Shown piece by piece: positions 15,769 to 23,154 of a stretch of DNA of 64,000 nt (position 1 is the first letter of the stretch; each line of letters opens with the position of its first letter). The notes under the pieces are model-generated. The model was not told the origin of the DNA and searched no databases. It worked only from the letters and a program-made list of their open reading frames with translations. Both the position numbers and the translations under genes were made by a program. Origin of the DNA: a virus (Duplodnaviria; Heunggongvirae; Uroviricota; Caudoviricetes); the IMG/VR virus record IMGVR_UViG_3300012943_000386, positions 37,662 through 101,661 of that record; one strand, written 5' to 3'.

Positions 15769-17370
15769 TCACTTCTGTTCCGAGGGAGCGGGCACATCGA
15801 TCAATTCTGACATCGCGCGGGTTATGGCGACGTACTCGAGATTGCGCTCCTGCTCCATCTGCCATTCCTTCTTGGCGTACGGAGAGGGCATGTACTTGGA
15901 CCGGCCAAGCAGGTAGACGCGTTGCCACTCACGACCCTTCGACTTGTGGACCGTGGAGAGCGTGAGCACCTTCGGCTGTTCGCCGTCTGGGGTGTTGCCG
16001 AACATCGTCTCGATGTCGGTGACCAGATCATCAATCATGTTCTTCTTCTGCAGCAAGCAGCGGTTGATCACCACTCGCAGGCAGTCGAGCTGGTCGACAA
16101 GGCGATCGAGCTTTTCTTCTTGACCCTTGGCGATGAACTTGGCGGTCTGCTTGGTCTGGAAGTCCTCAAGGCGGGTGAGCAGTTGATCGAGCGTCTTCAG
16201 CTTCCAGCGCCGTGCCAGCTTGATCAAGCCCGTACCAATTTCGCGACCTTCAACTCGGCAGGCGATGCCCTTCGCGATGAGCGTGTAGGCAGTCGTGACG
16301 AGCGGGGCCGTGTTGCGACAGAGGATCGCGTCGTTCTTGTTGAGCTGCTCAGCCTCAAGGCTGTCATACTCGATGGCGCGAACAACTCCCTGAGGAGCAT
16401 CTTCGTGAGCGACAAAGTCTGGAACTAGCCGCTTGGCCTGTTCAACCACCAGCTTAGGGCAGCGGCGAGTGACGTTCAGCGGGAGCGTGATGCCTTGGAC
16501 AGCTTCACGCAGCTGCGTCATTGAGTTGCTATCGGCTCCAGTGAAGCCGTAGATCGCCTGAGCAGGGTCGCCGACCAGGATCATGCGGCCGCCGTTCTTG
16601 TCGAGCATTGCCAGCGCGAGGGCGCGGCGAGCAGGGTTTGTATCTTGGGACTCGTCCACGAGCACCCACTTCTTCGGCCAGAACTTTGCCTTGAAGTAGA
16701 GCGGCGCGAGGATCATGTCGTCGTAGTCGATGACTTCGCGGCAGAGGCTGAGCGACCGCTTGTAGAGGCGGATGGCGATCTTGATGATCGCGAGTGGGTC
16801 AACGTCCTCAGTTACGTCGTCTTCAAGACCGAAGTGGTCCCACATGTCCAGCCATACCGACGTGTCGTCGATCGAGCCGGTGTAACCAAGGGCCCGCTGC
16901 TTTGCAAGGCCGCAGAGGCGCACGAGTGAAGCCTCGTTGTCGCTGATGAAGCGACCTTGCTCGTCTTCGCCATCTGAGAAGTAGAAGTTCTGAAGCTCTT
17001 TGACGAGGTTCCACATCTTGTCGTTGTCGACATTGACGTGAGGTGAGACCTTGCGCCATGCGCCGAAGCCGAATGAGTGGACCGTTCCAGCCATTGCCTG
17101 CTTCCAATCCAGCCCGAGTTCAGTAAGCTTGGCCTTGAGTTCGTCGGCGATCTTCTTGTTGTACGCCATCAGCGCAACATCGCCAAGTCCGCATGCAGCG
17201 ATTGCCTGCACGACCCTCATAAGAGTGAAGGTCTTGCCGCAACCGGCTCGAGCGAGCAGTTCGAGACTGCCCTTACCTTCAAGAACCCATCGAACTACAT
17301 CGATCTGCTGGTCAGAAAGAACGATGCCGTCCTTCTTGAAAATCTTCACAACTTTTTGCAACAGCGTCAT
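15769..17370 (-). CDS. UvrD/Rep-family SF1 DNA helicase
   Basis: Walker A AGCGKTF, VLVDESQDT, ILVGDPAQAIYGFTGAD, VTRRCP, LSTVHKSKGREW. ORF track extends to a GTG at 17424. ATG at 17368-17370 has an ideal GGAGGA RBS. Confidence 0.85.
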   Translation of the reverse strand: MTLLQKVVKIFKKDGIVLSDQQIDVVRWVLEGKGSLELLARAGCGKTFTLMRVVQAIAACGLGDVALMAYNKKIADELKAKLTELGLDWKQAMAGTVHSFGFGAWRKVSPHVNVDNDKMWNLVKELQNFYFSDGEDEQGRFISDNEASLVRLCGLAKQRALGYTGSIDDTSVWLDMWDHFGLEDDVTEDVDPLAIIKIAIRLYKRSLSLCREVIDYDDMILAPLYFKAKFWPKKWVLVDESQDTNPARRALALAMLDKNGGRMILVGDPAQAIYGFTGADSNSMTQLREAVQGITLPLNVTRRCPKLVVEQAKRLVPDFVAHEDAPQGVVRAIEYDSLEAEQLNKNDAILCRNTAPLVTTAYTLIAKGIACRVEGREIGTGLIKLARRWKLKTLDQLLTRLEDFQTKQTAKFIAKGQEEKLDRLVDQLDCLRVVINRCLLQKKNMIDDLVTDIETMFGNTPDGEQPKVLTLSTVHKSKGREWQRVYLLGRSKYMPSPYAKKEWQMEQERNLEYVAITRAMSELIDVPAPSEQK

Positions 17371-17396
17371 CAGCATGTCCTCCAAGATGGAGCCAT

Positions 17397-17424
17397 CGTA
17401 TACTGAATTCGCGCAAAAGTACAC
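17397..17424 (-). promoter_or_regulatory. early promoter variant GTGTAC-N16-TATACG upstream of helicase
   Basis: Minus strand; about 20 nt leader to GGAGGA and ATG 17370. Confidence 0.3.
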
Positions 17425-17431
17425 AGGTCAA

Positions 17432-17464
17432 GTTATGTTAACTGGGACCGTTATGTTAAATGGG
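17432..17464 (-). repeat. two direct copies of a 15-bp element (minus CCCAGTTAACATAAC / CCCATTTAACATAAC)
   Basis: Plus 17432-17446 gttatgttaactggg and 17450-17464 gttatgttaaatggg, 8 nt upstream of the -35 of the helicase promoter. Confidence 0.5.
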
Positions 17465-17764
17465 TTAGTAGAGGTGGGCTAGAGAGCGGACGTAGCAGCT
17501 ACCATTCAAGCGGTGGTAGAGCATGCACCACTGGTGTCCTTTGTTTTGGCGTGCCACGGTCACTGAGGCTTGCTCATCGCAGCCCGTACACCAGTGGTAC
17601 ACCTCTAAAAGATTTTTCGGAACATCGTCAACGCGCTCTGTGTAACAGAACACGCACTTCATCTGCACTCTGTCTTTTGGAATTCGTGCGAAAAAGTCTA
17701 TCACTTCCGACACTGCTCTTCCTCTATATTGAGAACACTCCAGTTGCATCGCCAAATTTTTCAA
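17465..17764 (-). CDS. hypothetical Cys-rich protein (99 aa)
   Basis: CVFCYTE...CTGCDEQ zinc-ribbon-like. Overlaps the end of the DUF1552 gene by 40 nt. Confidence 0.35.
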   Translation of the reverse strand: MKNLAMQLECSQYRGRAVSEVIDFFARIPKDRVQMKCVFCYTERVDDVPKNLLEVYHWCTGCDEQASVTVARQNKGHQWCMLYHRLNGSCYVRSLAHLY

Positions 17765-18971
17765 GCTCTACACCAGCCTTCTGCGCCATCGTCAGTAGGA
17801 TGTTCGCGTGTGGTGTATCCTTGGGCAAGGCGAGATGTTGATTGCCCTTGATACCACCGCCATGCCCAGCGATGAGCTGTGGTAGTGGATTGTTGTTGTG
17901 TAGATCGCTGTTAGCCATGTTCGAACCGAATAGGATAATTGAGCTGTCAAGGATGGAGCCACCGGCTTCCTTGGTTTCAGCAAGGCGCTTGATGAAGCGC
18001 GCGAAGCGCTCAGTGTGGTAGGCCTGCACTCGCACAAGTTTCTCATGCTTGCTAGGGTCCTCACCATGATGTGACAGTGGATGGAAGGCCTCGTCAACGT
18101 TGATCGTTGGATAGGTGCGCATACTCGCTTCCTTCACCATGCGCATCGAAGCAATGCGGGTCTGGTTCGTTTGGAAAGCAAGAGCAATCATGTCGAACTG
18201 AATGTCAAGCAGCTCAGTGAAGTCGTCAGGTGTACCAACTGGCGCGTTAGGCAGTTCTCCAAGTGAGCCCGCTTTCGCAATCAGCTTCTGCATGCGCAGC
18301 TCTACCTCGCGAACGTTCTCGAGGTAACTATCCACAAGAGCACGGTCTGCAGCACCCAACTTGCCGCTCAGGCTCTTGCTAGCCTCTGTGACGTAGTCAA
18401 GCAATGAACCAGTTGCCTGTAGGCGAGCGATGCGGTCAGCGTTGTTGTCACCAGCACCGAACATTGTGTAGAAGATCTTGCGAGGGTTGCCCTCAAGCGG
18501 GAGACCACTAGAACCGCGGTAGCTGATTGAACCACCTGGCTCGCCGCAAAGCTCAAGCGATGAGAGAGGTGTTGACTGGCCGATCTGCTTTGCAGCTATT
18601 TGATCGATTGTGGTACCATCGGTTGTGCGATCATCTGGGTTCTTGCATGAGAGCCAGGTCTGCTCAATGATGCCATGTGGGTTGGAGCTCTCGCCTGGCT
18701 TGTTGCGGAGGCCGCTTATCACGGTAATGTGCCCGCGTTGGCTTTCAAGCGGCTTGAGGATTGGAGAAAACTCGAAGTTGGTTCCAACCGTCTTAGGCGT
18801 CCAGAACTGCTGCACGGCCCCGTGTGGGAAATAGACGAAGGCTAGGCGAGATTGGGATTGTACGCTGGCACCAAAGGCTGGAACCATTGCGTCCAGCAGC
18901 GGCAGTGATATAGCAGCTCCTGCACCCTTGAGAACGGTGCGGCGGGAAAGCGCTTTCTTCGTAAGGTACAT
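17724..18971 (-). CDS. Tat-signal DUF1552-family protein (host-like, function unknown)
   Basis: MYLTKKALSRRTVLKGAGAAISLPLLDAM is the characteristic DUF1552 twin-arginine N-terminus. ILKPLESQRGHITVISGL and later blocks fit the family. Confidence 0.65.
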   Translation of the reverse strand: MYLTKKALSRRTVLKGAGAAISLPLLDAMVPAFGASVQSQSRLAFVYFPHGAVQQFWTPKTVGTNFEFSPILKPLESQRGHITVISGLRNKPGESSNPHGIIEQTWLSCKNPDDRTTDGTTIDQIAAKQIGQSTPLSSLELCGEPGGSISYRGSSGLPLEGNPRKIFYTMFGAGDNNADRIARLQATGSLLDYVTEASKSLSGKLGAADRALVDSYLENVREVELRMQKLIAKAGSLGELPNAPVGTPDDFTELLDIQFDMIALAFQTNQTRIASMRMVKEASMRTYPTINVDEAFHPLSHHGEDPSKHEKLVRVQAYHTERFARFIKRLAETKEAGGSILDSSIILFGSNMANSDLHNNNPLPQLIAGHGGGIKGNQHLALPKDTPHANILLTMAQKAGVELEKFGDATGVFSI

Positions 18972-18983
18972 TGCGCACCTCCT

Positions 18984-19274
18984 CTAGTTCTTCAGCAAGG
19001 ACACCAGAATGTTGCAGCGAGCAACGACAGAGCCTGAGGCATCTGTCGTGATGTTCGTCTTTGGGTTGTACGTCCCCATGAGCTTGCCAATCTTATTGAA
19101 GAGGCGCATGTTGCCCGCCTGCTGTCGCAGGGTTCCAATTAGCTTGCCGTCGGCATCTCTGAGGTAGGTTGCAGCCATGCAGTATTTACACCACTGCGCG
19201 CACTCTTGACACGAGAACCTCATACCCATTGAGGTAGCTACCAGAACAAAGATCAACGATACCAATCGGAGCAA
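18984..19274 (-). CDS. hypothetical protein (96 aa), hydrophobic N-terminus
   Basis: ORF track. Overlaps the 3' end of 19186..19698 in another frame. Confidence 0.3.
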   Translation of the reverse strand: MLRLVSLIFVLVATSMGMRFSCQECAQWCKYCMAATYLRDADGKLIGTLRQQAGNMRLFNKIGKLMGTYNPKTNITTDASGSVVARCNILVSLLKN

Positions 19275-19698
19275 CGACCGCTGGTTGCTTATCTGTTGCC
19301 TCGCGAATTAGAGTTCCAAGCACTAGATTGTATGGAATGCCAGATGCCCGGCAGGCCTGTAGAAGTTCAAGCTGAGATATTGCTAGCTTAACCGGCCCAT
19401 CTGTTTCAAGTTTCACTTCAGCTATTTCACTACCTAAGCAACCATCACACGCGTAGTTGAAATGCCGACCCGCCTTGATGTCGTGATTTTCGCGGATGAC
19501 ATTAGCAACCATGTCTGGCCACGGCATCGAGCTAAGCTCTGGTTCTTCAACCCACGGTAGGCCCACTTTAGCGCTTGCCCACTGAATGAGAAGTGGCTCG
19601 GCTACTCTCCCGTGCGCCGCTTTCCACGGGTCGCGGCACCCGCTTATGGGGTTCTTAAAGCAGAAGTCGACTTTATCAATTGGAAGTTCAAGCATCAC
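19186..19698 (-). CDS. hypothetical protein (170 aa)
   Basis: ORF track. Sits between the DUF1552 and Thg1-like genes. Confidence 0.45.
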   Translation of the reverse strand: MMLELPIDKVDFCFKNPISGCRDPWKAAHGRVAEPLLIQWASAKVGLPWVEEPELSSMPWPDMVANVIRENHDIKAGRHFNYACDGCLGSEIAEVKLETDGPVKLAISQLELLQACRASGIPYNLVLGTLIREATDKQPAVVAPIGIVDLCSGSYLNGYEVLVSRVRAVV

Positions 19699-20519
19699 GC
19701 AAAGAGCGCTCGCGCCCTGGTATCGTTCTTGATGTAGCCAAGATCCATGTTCACCACGCTGGTGCGCGCAACTGGGCCGGACGGACGATACTTCTCTGGG
19801 ATTTTCGCGAGCTGCTCTGCTGAGATTGGCCTCATCTGCGTTTCGCGACGAACGAACGTACCGCTCTTGAAGAACGTTGGCTCATCTTCCCACGGCTTGT
19901 TGAGCTCGCGCAGCAGCTGCTTCTTGCTCTCACTGTCCACCGCGTGAAGGCGCTTGTGCGAGAAGTGCGCCTGCGCGGCCATCGAGATGGAGTTTTTGAT
20001 CGCGTCATCCTGGCGCCAGAGGAAGTTCAGGAAGGCCTCGTGCTTTGTTGGCACGTTCCACACACGGCAATCGAACATTGCCAGCTGGTCAGCCTTTTCA
20101 GGGATGCGCTCAGGCAGGTAGCGCGTGAAGTAGGCGCTCGCCATAGCGGCGAGTACCGACGTCAGCTTCTGGATTTTGCCGTCGAAGAGGTAGGTGCTTT
20201 CGGCCGCCGGGTCATCGTTCCACCATACGAGGCTGATCTCGTCAGACTGAGTGTAGCCAACGCGTGCGTGCGTCTGCTCAACGAGGTACCTCGCGGTGTC
20301 GATCATGAGGCTGCTTAGGCGCACGTCGTACGGACGCGGCAGACCACGGGTGAAGGTGTGGAACGCCCGGCCATCGAGGCGAGCCATGAGAGGCGCACCG
20401 TGGTCGGCGCGACGGCCAGCCTCAACTTGCTCTTGCTGCTTGAGGCGATCGCCTAGGCTGTCTTTGGAAGGGGTCTGTTCGACTTCATTCATGGGGCTCA
20501 CCGATAGATTAGACCCCAT
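19695..20519 (-). CDS. Thg1-like protein (tRNA-His guanylyltransferase family, 3'-5' nucleotidyltransferase)
   Basis: MARLDGRAFHTFTRGLPRPYD (Thg1 VRLDGRNFHKF), GYTQSDEISLVW (YGQSDEYSF), FDCRVWNVPTKHEAFLNFLWRQDDAIKNSI and the C-terminal block align with Thg1/TLP. ATG 20517-20519. Confidence 0.7.
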   Translation of the reverse strand: MGSNLSVSPMNEVEQTPSKDSLGDRLKQQEQVEAGRRADHGAPLMARLDGRAFHTFTRGLPRPYDVRLSSLMIDTARYLVEQTHARVGYTQSDEISLVWWNDDPAAESTYLFDGKIQKLTSVLAAMASAYFTRYLPERIPEKADQLAMFDCRVWNVPTKHEAFLNFLWRQDDAIKNSISMAAQAHFSHKRLHAVDSESKKQLLRELNKPWEDEPTFFKSGTFVRRETQMRPISAEQLAKIPEKYRPSGPVARTSVVNMDLGYIKNDTRARALFA

Positions 20520-20527
20520 TCTATCAC

Positions 20528-20549
20528 CAGTTTACAGGTCAGTAAACTG
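20528..20549 (-). promoter_or_regulatory. hairpin CAGTTTAC-aggtca-GTAAACTG between the 2H phosphoesterase and Thg1-like genes
   Basis: 8-bp stem in the 33-nt intergenic spacer just upstream of the Thg1-like RBS; no U-tract. Confidence 0.3.
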
Positions 20550-20552
20550 TGA

Positions 20553-21008
20553 TTAGCTCCACTCAGTGTCCATCGCCTCGACATACTCCTGTCCGAGCAG
20601 GATCTGGAAGTCGATTGGCTTCAGCTTCTTCGGGTCACCGTAGAACGACATCGAGAGGGTGATGTGCGGCTGGAACGTTGGGAAGTCGTATGAGGCGCCG
20701 TGTTCAGCCATCAGCTTGATGTGGCGTGCCACAACTGATGGCGCGTTCAACTTGACGACCAGCACCGTGTCCTTGCCCTCGTCATGGTTCGTAAACAGCG
20801 CAAAGTCCTCAAAGCGCGCAATGTGCATCTCAGGATCAGGCACGATCAACGGACATGGCTTGCGGCTGTACAGGACAGTCGTGTGAAGACGACGGTCGAA
20901 GCTTGACTTGTTAACGAGGATGCCTGATTGGCGACAGAACTCGTAGAGCTTAGGGCCTGACGGTGGGAGAATTCTCAACCCAACGTAGGTTCCATTCTTA
21001 TGATCCAT
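20553..21008 (-). CDS. 2H phosphoesterase superfamily protein (two HxT/S motifs; LigT / Acb1-like)
   Basis: HTTVLYS (~res 42) and HITLSMS (~res 116) give the H-phi-T/S-phi pair with the spacing of 2H cyclic phosphodiesterases. 151 aa. Confidence 0.6.
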   Translation of the reverse strand: MDHKNGTYVGLRILPPSGPKLYEFCRQSGILVNKSSFDRRLHTTVLYSRKPCPLIVPDPEMHIARFEDFALFTNHDEGKDTVLVVKLNAPSVVARHIKLMAEHGASYDFPTFQPHITLSMSFYGDPKKLKPIDFQILLGQEYVEAMDTEWS

Positions 21009-21016
21009 ACGCTCTC

Positions 21017-21045
21017 ATTATATGCTATTTGATTAGGAGAGAAAA
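21017..21045 (-). promoter_or_regulatory. -10 TATAAT placed 8 nt before the ATG of the 2H phosphoesterase gene (leaderless transcript likely)
   Basis: Minus TATAAT = plus 21017-21022; ATG at 21008. Weak -35 TTTTCT 17 nt upstream. Confidence 0.35.
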
Positions 21046-21046
21046 C

Positions 21047-21493
21047 TTAATCTGCCTTCGCATTTCCCTTCGGTGCGTCGTCGTCGCCCTTGTTCTTCCC
21101 ACTAGAGCTGTCGCTCACGCCGTACTTGGCGCGCAGGAAGCGTGAGAAACCTTCAACCGACGCGACGTACGCGAGGTAGATGGCGAACAGGTCCCAGGTA
21201 AGTGCAGCCTGAAGAGTGAGCTTGACGATTGCGAATGATGCGACTATTCCACCAACGAGCTGCAGCGTCTTTGTAGTAGAGGCACGGTTGCGCTTGGTGT
21301 ACGGGTCATACGTGGTGATCATGTCCGTAAGGTCAAGATCACTGTCCTGGTTGCTGTGCAGCTTCCAGACGATGAATGCTATGAAAAGGAAAATGATCGT
21401 CACGGCAACACCATAGGCGTTGACCGAGAACTGACCGAAGGTCAGCATCGAATTTTCCAGCATTTCTTTGGCTTGTTCCACGGCGATACCCAT
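21047..21493 (-). CDS. integral membrane protein (3 TM)
   Basis: ORF track 21047..21568. Likely start MGIAVEQ (GAAGGAAAA RBS). Late-promoter motif upstream. Confidence 0.5.
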   Translation of the reverse strand: MGIAVEQAKEMLENSMLTFGQFSVNAYGVAVTIIFLFIAFIVWKLHSNQDSDLDLTDMITTYDPYTKRNRASTTKTLQLVGGIVASFAIVKLTLQAALTWDLFAIYLAYVASVEGFSRFLRAKYGVSDSSSGKNKGDDDAPKGNAKAD

Positions 21494-21583
21494 AGTTGGT
21501 TTTCCTTCTATCTCCATATTTGTTTTGCTATGGAGCTTAGGTAGCGTGAACAGACCCAGCCCAACCACCAGTAGTGGTCAGGC

Positions 21584-21592
21584 GTATTTATC
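21584..21592 (-). promoter_or_regulatory. late promoter motif GATAAATAC
   Basis: Upstream of the membrane-protein gene 21047..21493. Confidence 0.35.
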
Positions 21593-21607
21593 TAGAAGTC
21601 GCTGGTT

Positions 21608-21856
21608 TTACTTGCCGAGGTGAAGCTTTAGAGCGTCAAAGCCACCAATAAGCTGACCGTCCTTGAAAATCTGAGGCACGGTACGTACGTTTGGCACCAA
21701 GGTCTGCAGCTGTGGAATGGTGTAGTAGCTGACTGCGGCCTCTTTGATCTGACCTACGTCAAGAACGTGCTCGGTGAATGGAATGTCAAGTGAGGTCAGG
21801 AGGGTCTTTGCCTTGACGCAGGCACTACAGCCAGGCTTGGAATAGATGTCAAACAT
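21608..21856 (-). CDS. glutaredoxin-like protein (NrdH/Grx family)
   Basis: MFDIYSKPGCSACVKAK...thioredoxin-fold CxxC, adjacent to nrdAB. ORF track start 21895 trimmed to MFDIY. Confidence 0.55.
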   Translation of the reverse strand: MFDIYSKPGCSACVKAKTLLTSLDIPFTEHVLDVGQIKEAAVSYYTIPQLQTLVPNVRTVPQIFKDGQLIGGFDALKLHLGK

Positions 21857-22043
21857 TGAAAGATCCTGCGATAGCAAGGGTCTCAACAACGTCATTCATA
21901 AGACCTGGAGGTGCGACAGCTGGCTCAAAACCTTCACCGCGAGAGGCACGAAGATCGGCTTTTACCTTTTCCATGAGCTTGATTACTTCTGCTCTTGGAA
22001 GATCGCCAACGTCGATGTAGTAGACTTTTCTTGGTTCGTTCAT
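21849..22043 (-). CDS. hypothetical protein (64 aa)
   Basis: ORF track. Confidence 0.4.
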   Translation of the reverse strand: MNEPRKVYYIDVGDLPRAEVIKLMEKVKADLRASRGEGFEPAVAPPGLMNDVVETLAIAGSFNV

Positions 22044-22044
22044 T

Positions 22045-23154
22045 TCACATTTCCGGGAGGTCTTCGAACTGAATGTCGTTCGTCATTGAACCGATGATGT
22101 AGGCGACGCTCTCATTTTCCTGCAGCGCCGTCTGCTTCTTGCTGGTATTTAAGTGCTTGTTGAACCATGGAACTGGGGTTGAGCGGATGCCGGCATCGTA
22201 CTTGAAGCCGATATCCTTCAGGCGTGATTGAGCGGTCCAGTCAACGAAGTCAACCATTGTCTTCTCGTTAAGACCAATGACAGTACCTTCTGTGAAGAGG
22301 AACTTTGCCCATGACTTCTCTTCATCAACGATGCTCTTGAGCATCTCCATCGCCTCATTGTGGTTTTCCTTGGCGGCTCTCGCGAAGCGAGGATCGTCCT
22401 TGACAACAGTGTTTATGAGGTATGCGGTCCAGTCAACGTGCAACATCTCATCTGAAAGGATAAGCGCGATCTCGTTGCCATTGCCGATGAAGATCTTGTT
22501 CTCAACCATGCCAAGGCTGGTTGCAAAGGAGACCGTGAAGCGGATGGCCTCTAGACCGTAGGAGGCGATGAGCGCAAGGTAGATTGCCTTGACGTAATCC
22601 TGCTCGCTGACCTTCTGACCAACTTCTACCATTGAGTTGAGGTGGTGCAGCTTGTCGTAGTACTCACCGATGGAGCTCGTCATGGCGACGATCTCCTCGT
22701 TGTCGTGGATCTTGTTGAACTCATCCTTTGGCACGTTGTAGATGTTGCGGATGATGTGCGAGTAGGCGCGCGAGTGCAGGCTCTCAAACCAAGTCCACGT
22801 AAGCATGAGCGCTTCAAGCTCAGGAATTGAGATTACCGGCGTGAAGATCTGCGCGGGCGCGCGACCTTGAATGCTGTCAAGCGTTGTCTGTCGCAGAAGG
22901 TTCGACGTGAAGATGTGCTTCACTGCCTTCGACGCTTCCTTGAAGTCGATCTTGTCCTTGATCAGCGTGATCTCTTCAGGGATCCAGAACGCTGAGCGCT
23001 GTGTCTCATCAAACTTTGCGATCTTTGGGTAGGCGTACTCGTCAAAGCGCTGGGTCGTTACTGGCCCGGCCTTGTCGAGAAACATGTTGCGCTTCGAATA
23101 ATCTGGCGCCTTACTGAAGTCTCGCTTTGTGGTCATAGCACGCATGCTTCGCAA
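22045..23154 (-). CDS. nrdB: ribonucleotide reductase class Ia beta subunit
   Basis: 369 aa ferritin-like R2 protein. ORF-track start is TTG; an ATG lies 3 codons downstream. Confidence 0.9.
   Translation of the reverse strand: MRSMRAMTTKRDFSKAPDYSKRNMFLDKAGPVTTQRFDEYAYPKIAKFDETQRSAFWIPEEITLIKDKIDFKEASKAVKHIFTSNLLRQTTLDSIQGRAPAQIFTPVISIPELEALMLTWTWFESLHSRAYSHIIRNIYNVPKDEFNKIHDNEEIVAMTSSIGEYYDKLHHLNSMVEVGQKVSEQDYVKAIYLALIASYGLEAIRFTVSFATSLGMVENKIFIGNGNEIALILSDEMLHVDWTAYLINTVVKDDPRFARAAKENHNEAMEMLKSIVDEEKSWAKFLFTEGTVIGLNEKTMVDFVDWTAQSRLKDIGFKYDAGIRSTPVPWFNKHLNTSKKQTALQENESVAYIIGSMTNDIQFEDLPEM

Noticed and set aside
17432-17464. Possible CRISPR or att repeat
   Set aside because: Only two adjacent copies plus one distant copy, and no spacer architecture. 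It reads better as a promoter-proximal binding element.
17480-17560. tRNA-like string GGTGGTAGAGCATGCACCACTGG in the helicase/DUF1552 spacer
   Set aside because: No acceptor, D or T stems can be formed and there is no GTTCRANYC T-loop. The region is covered by a Cys-rich ORF.
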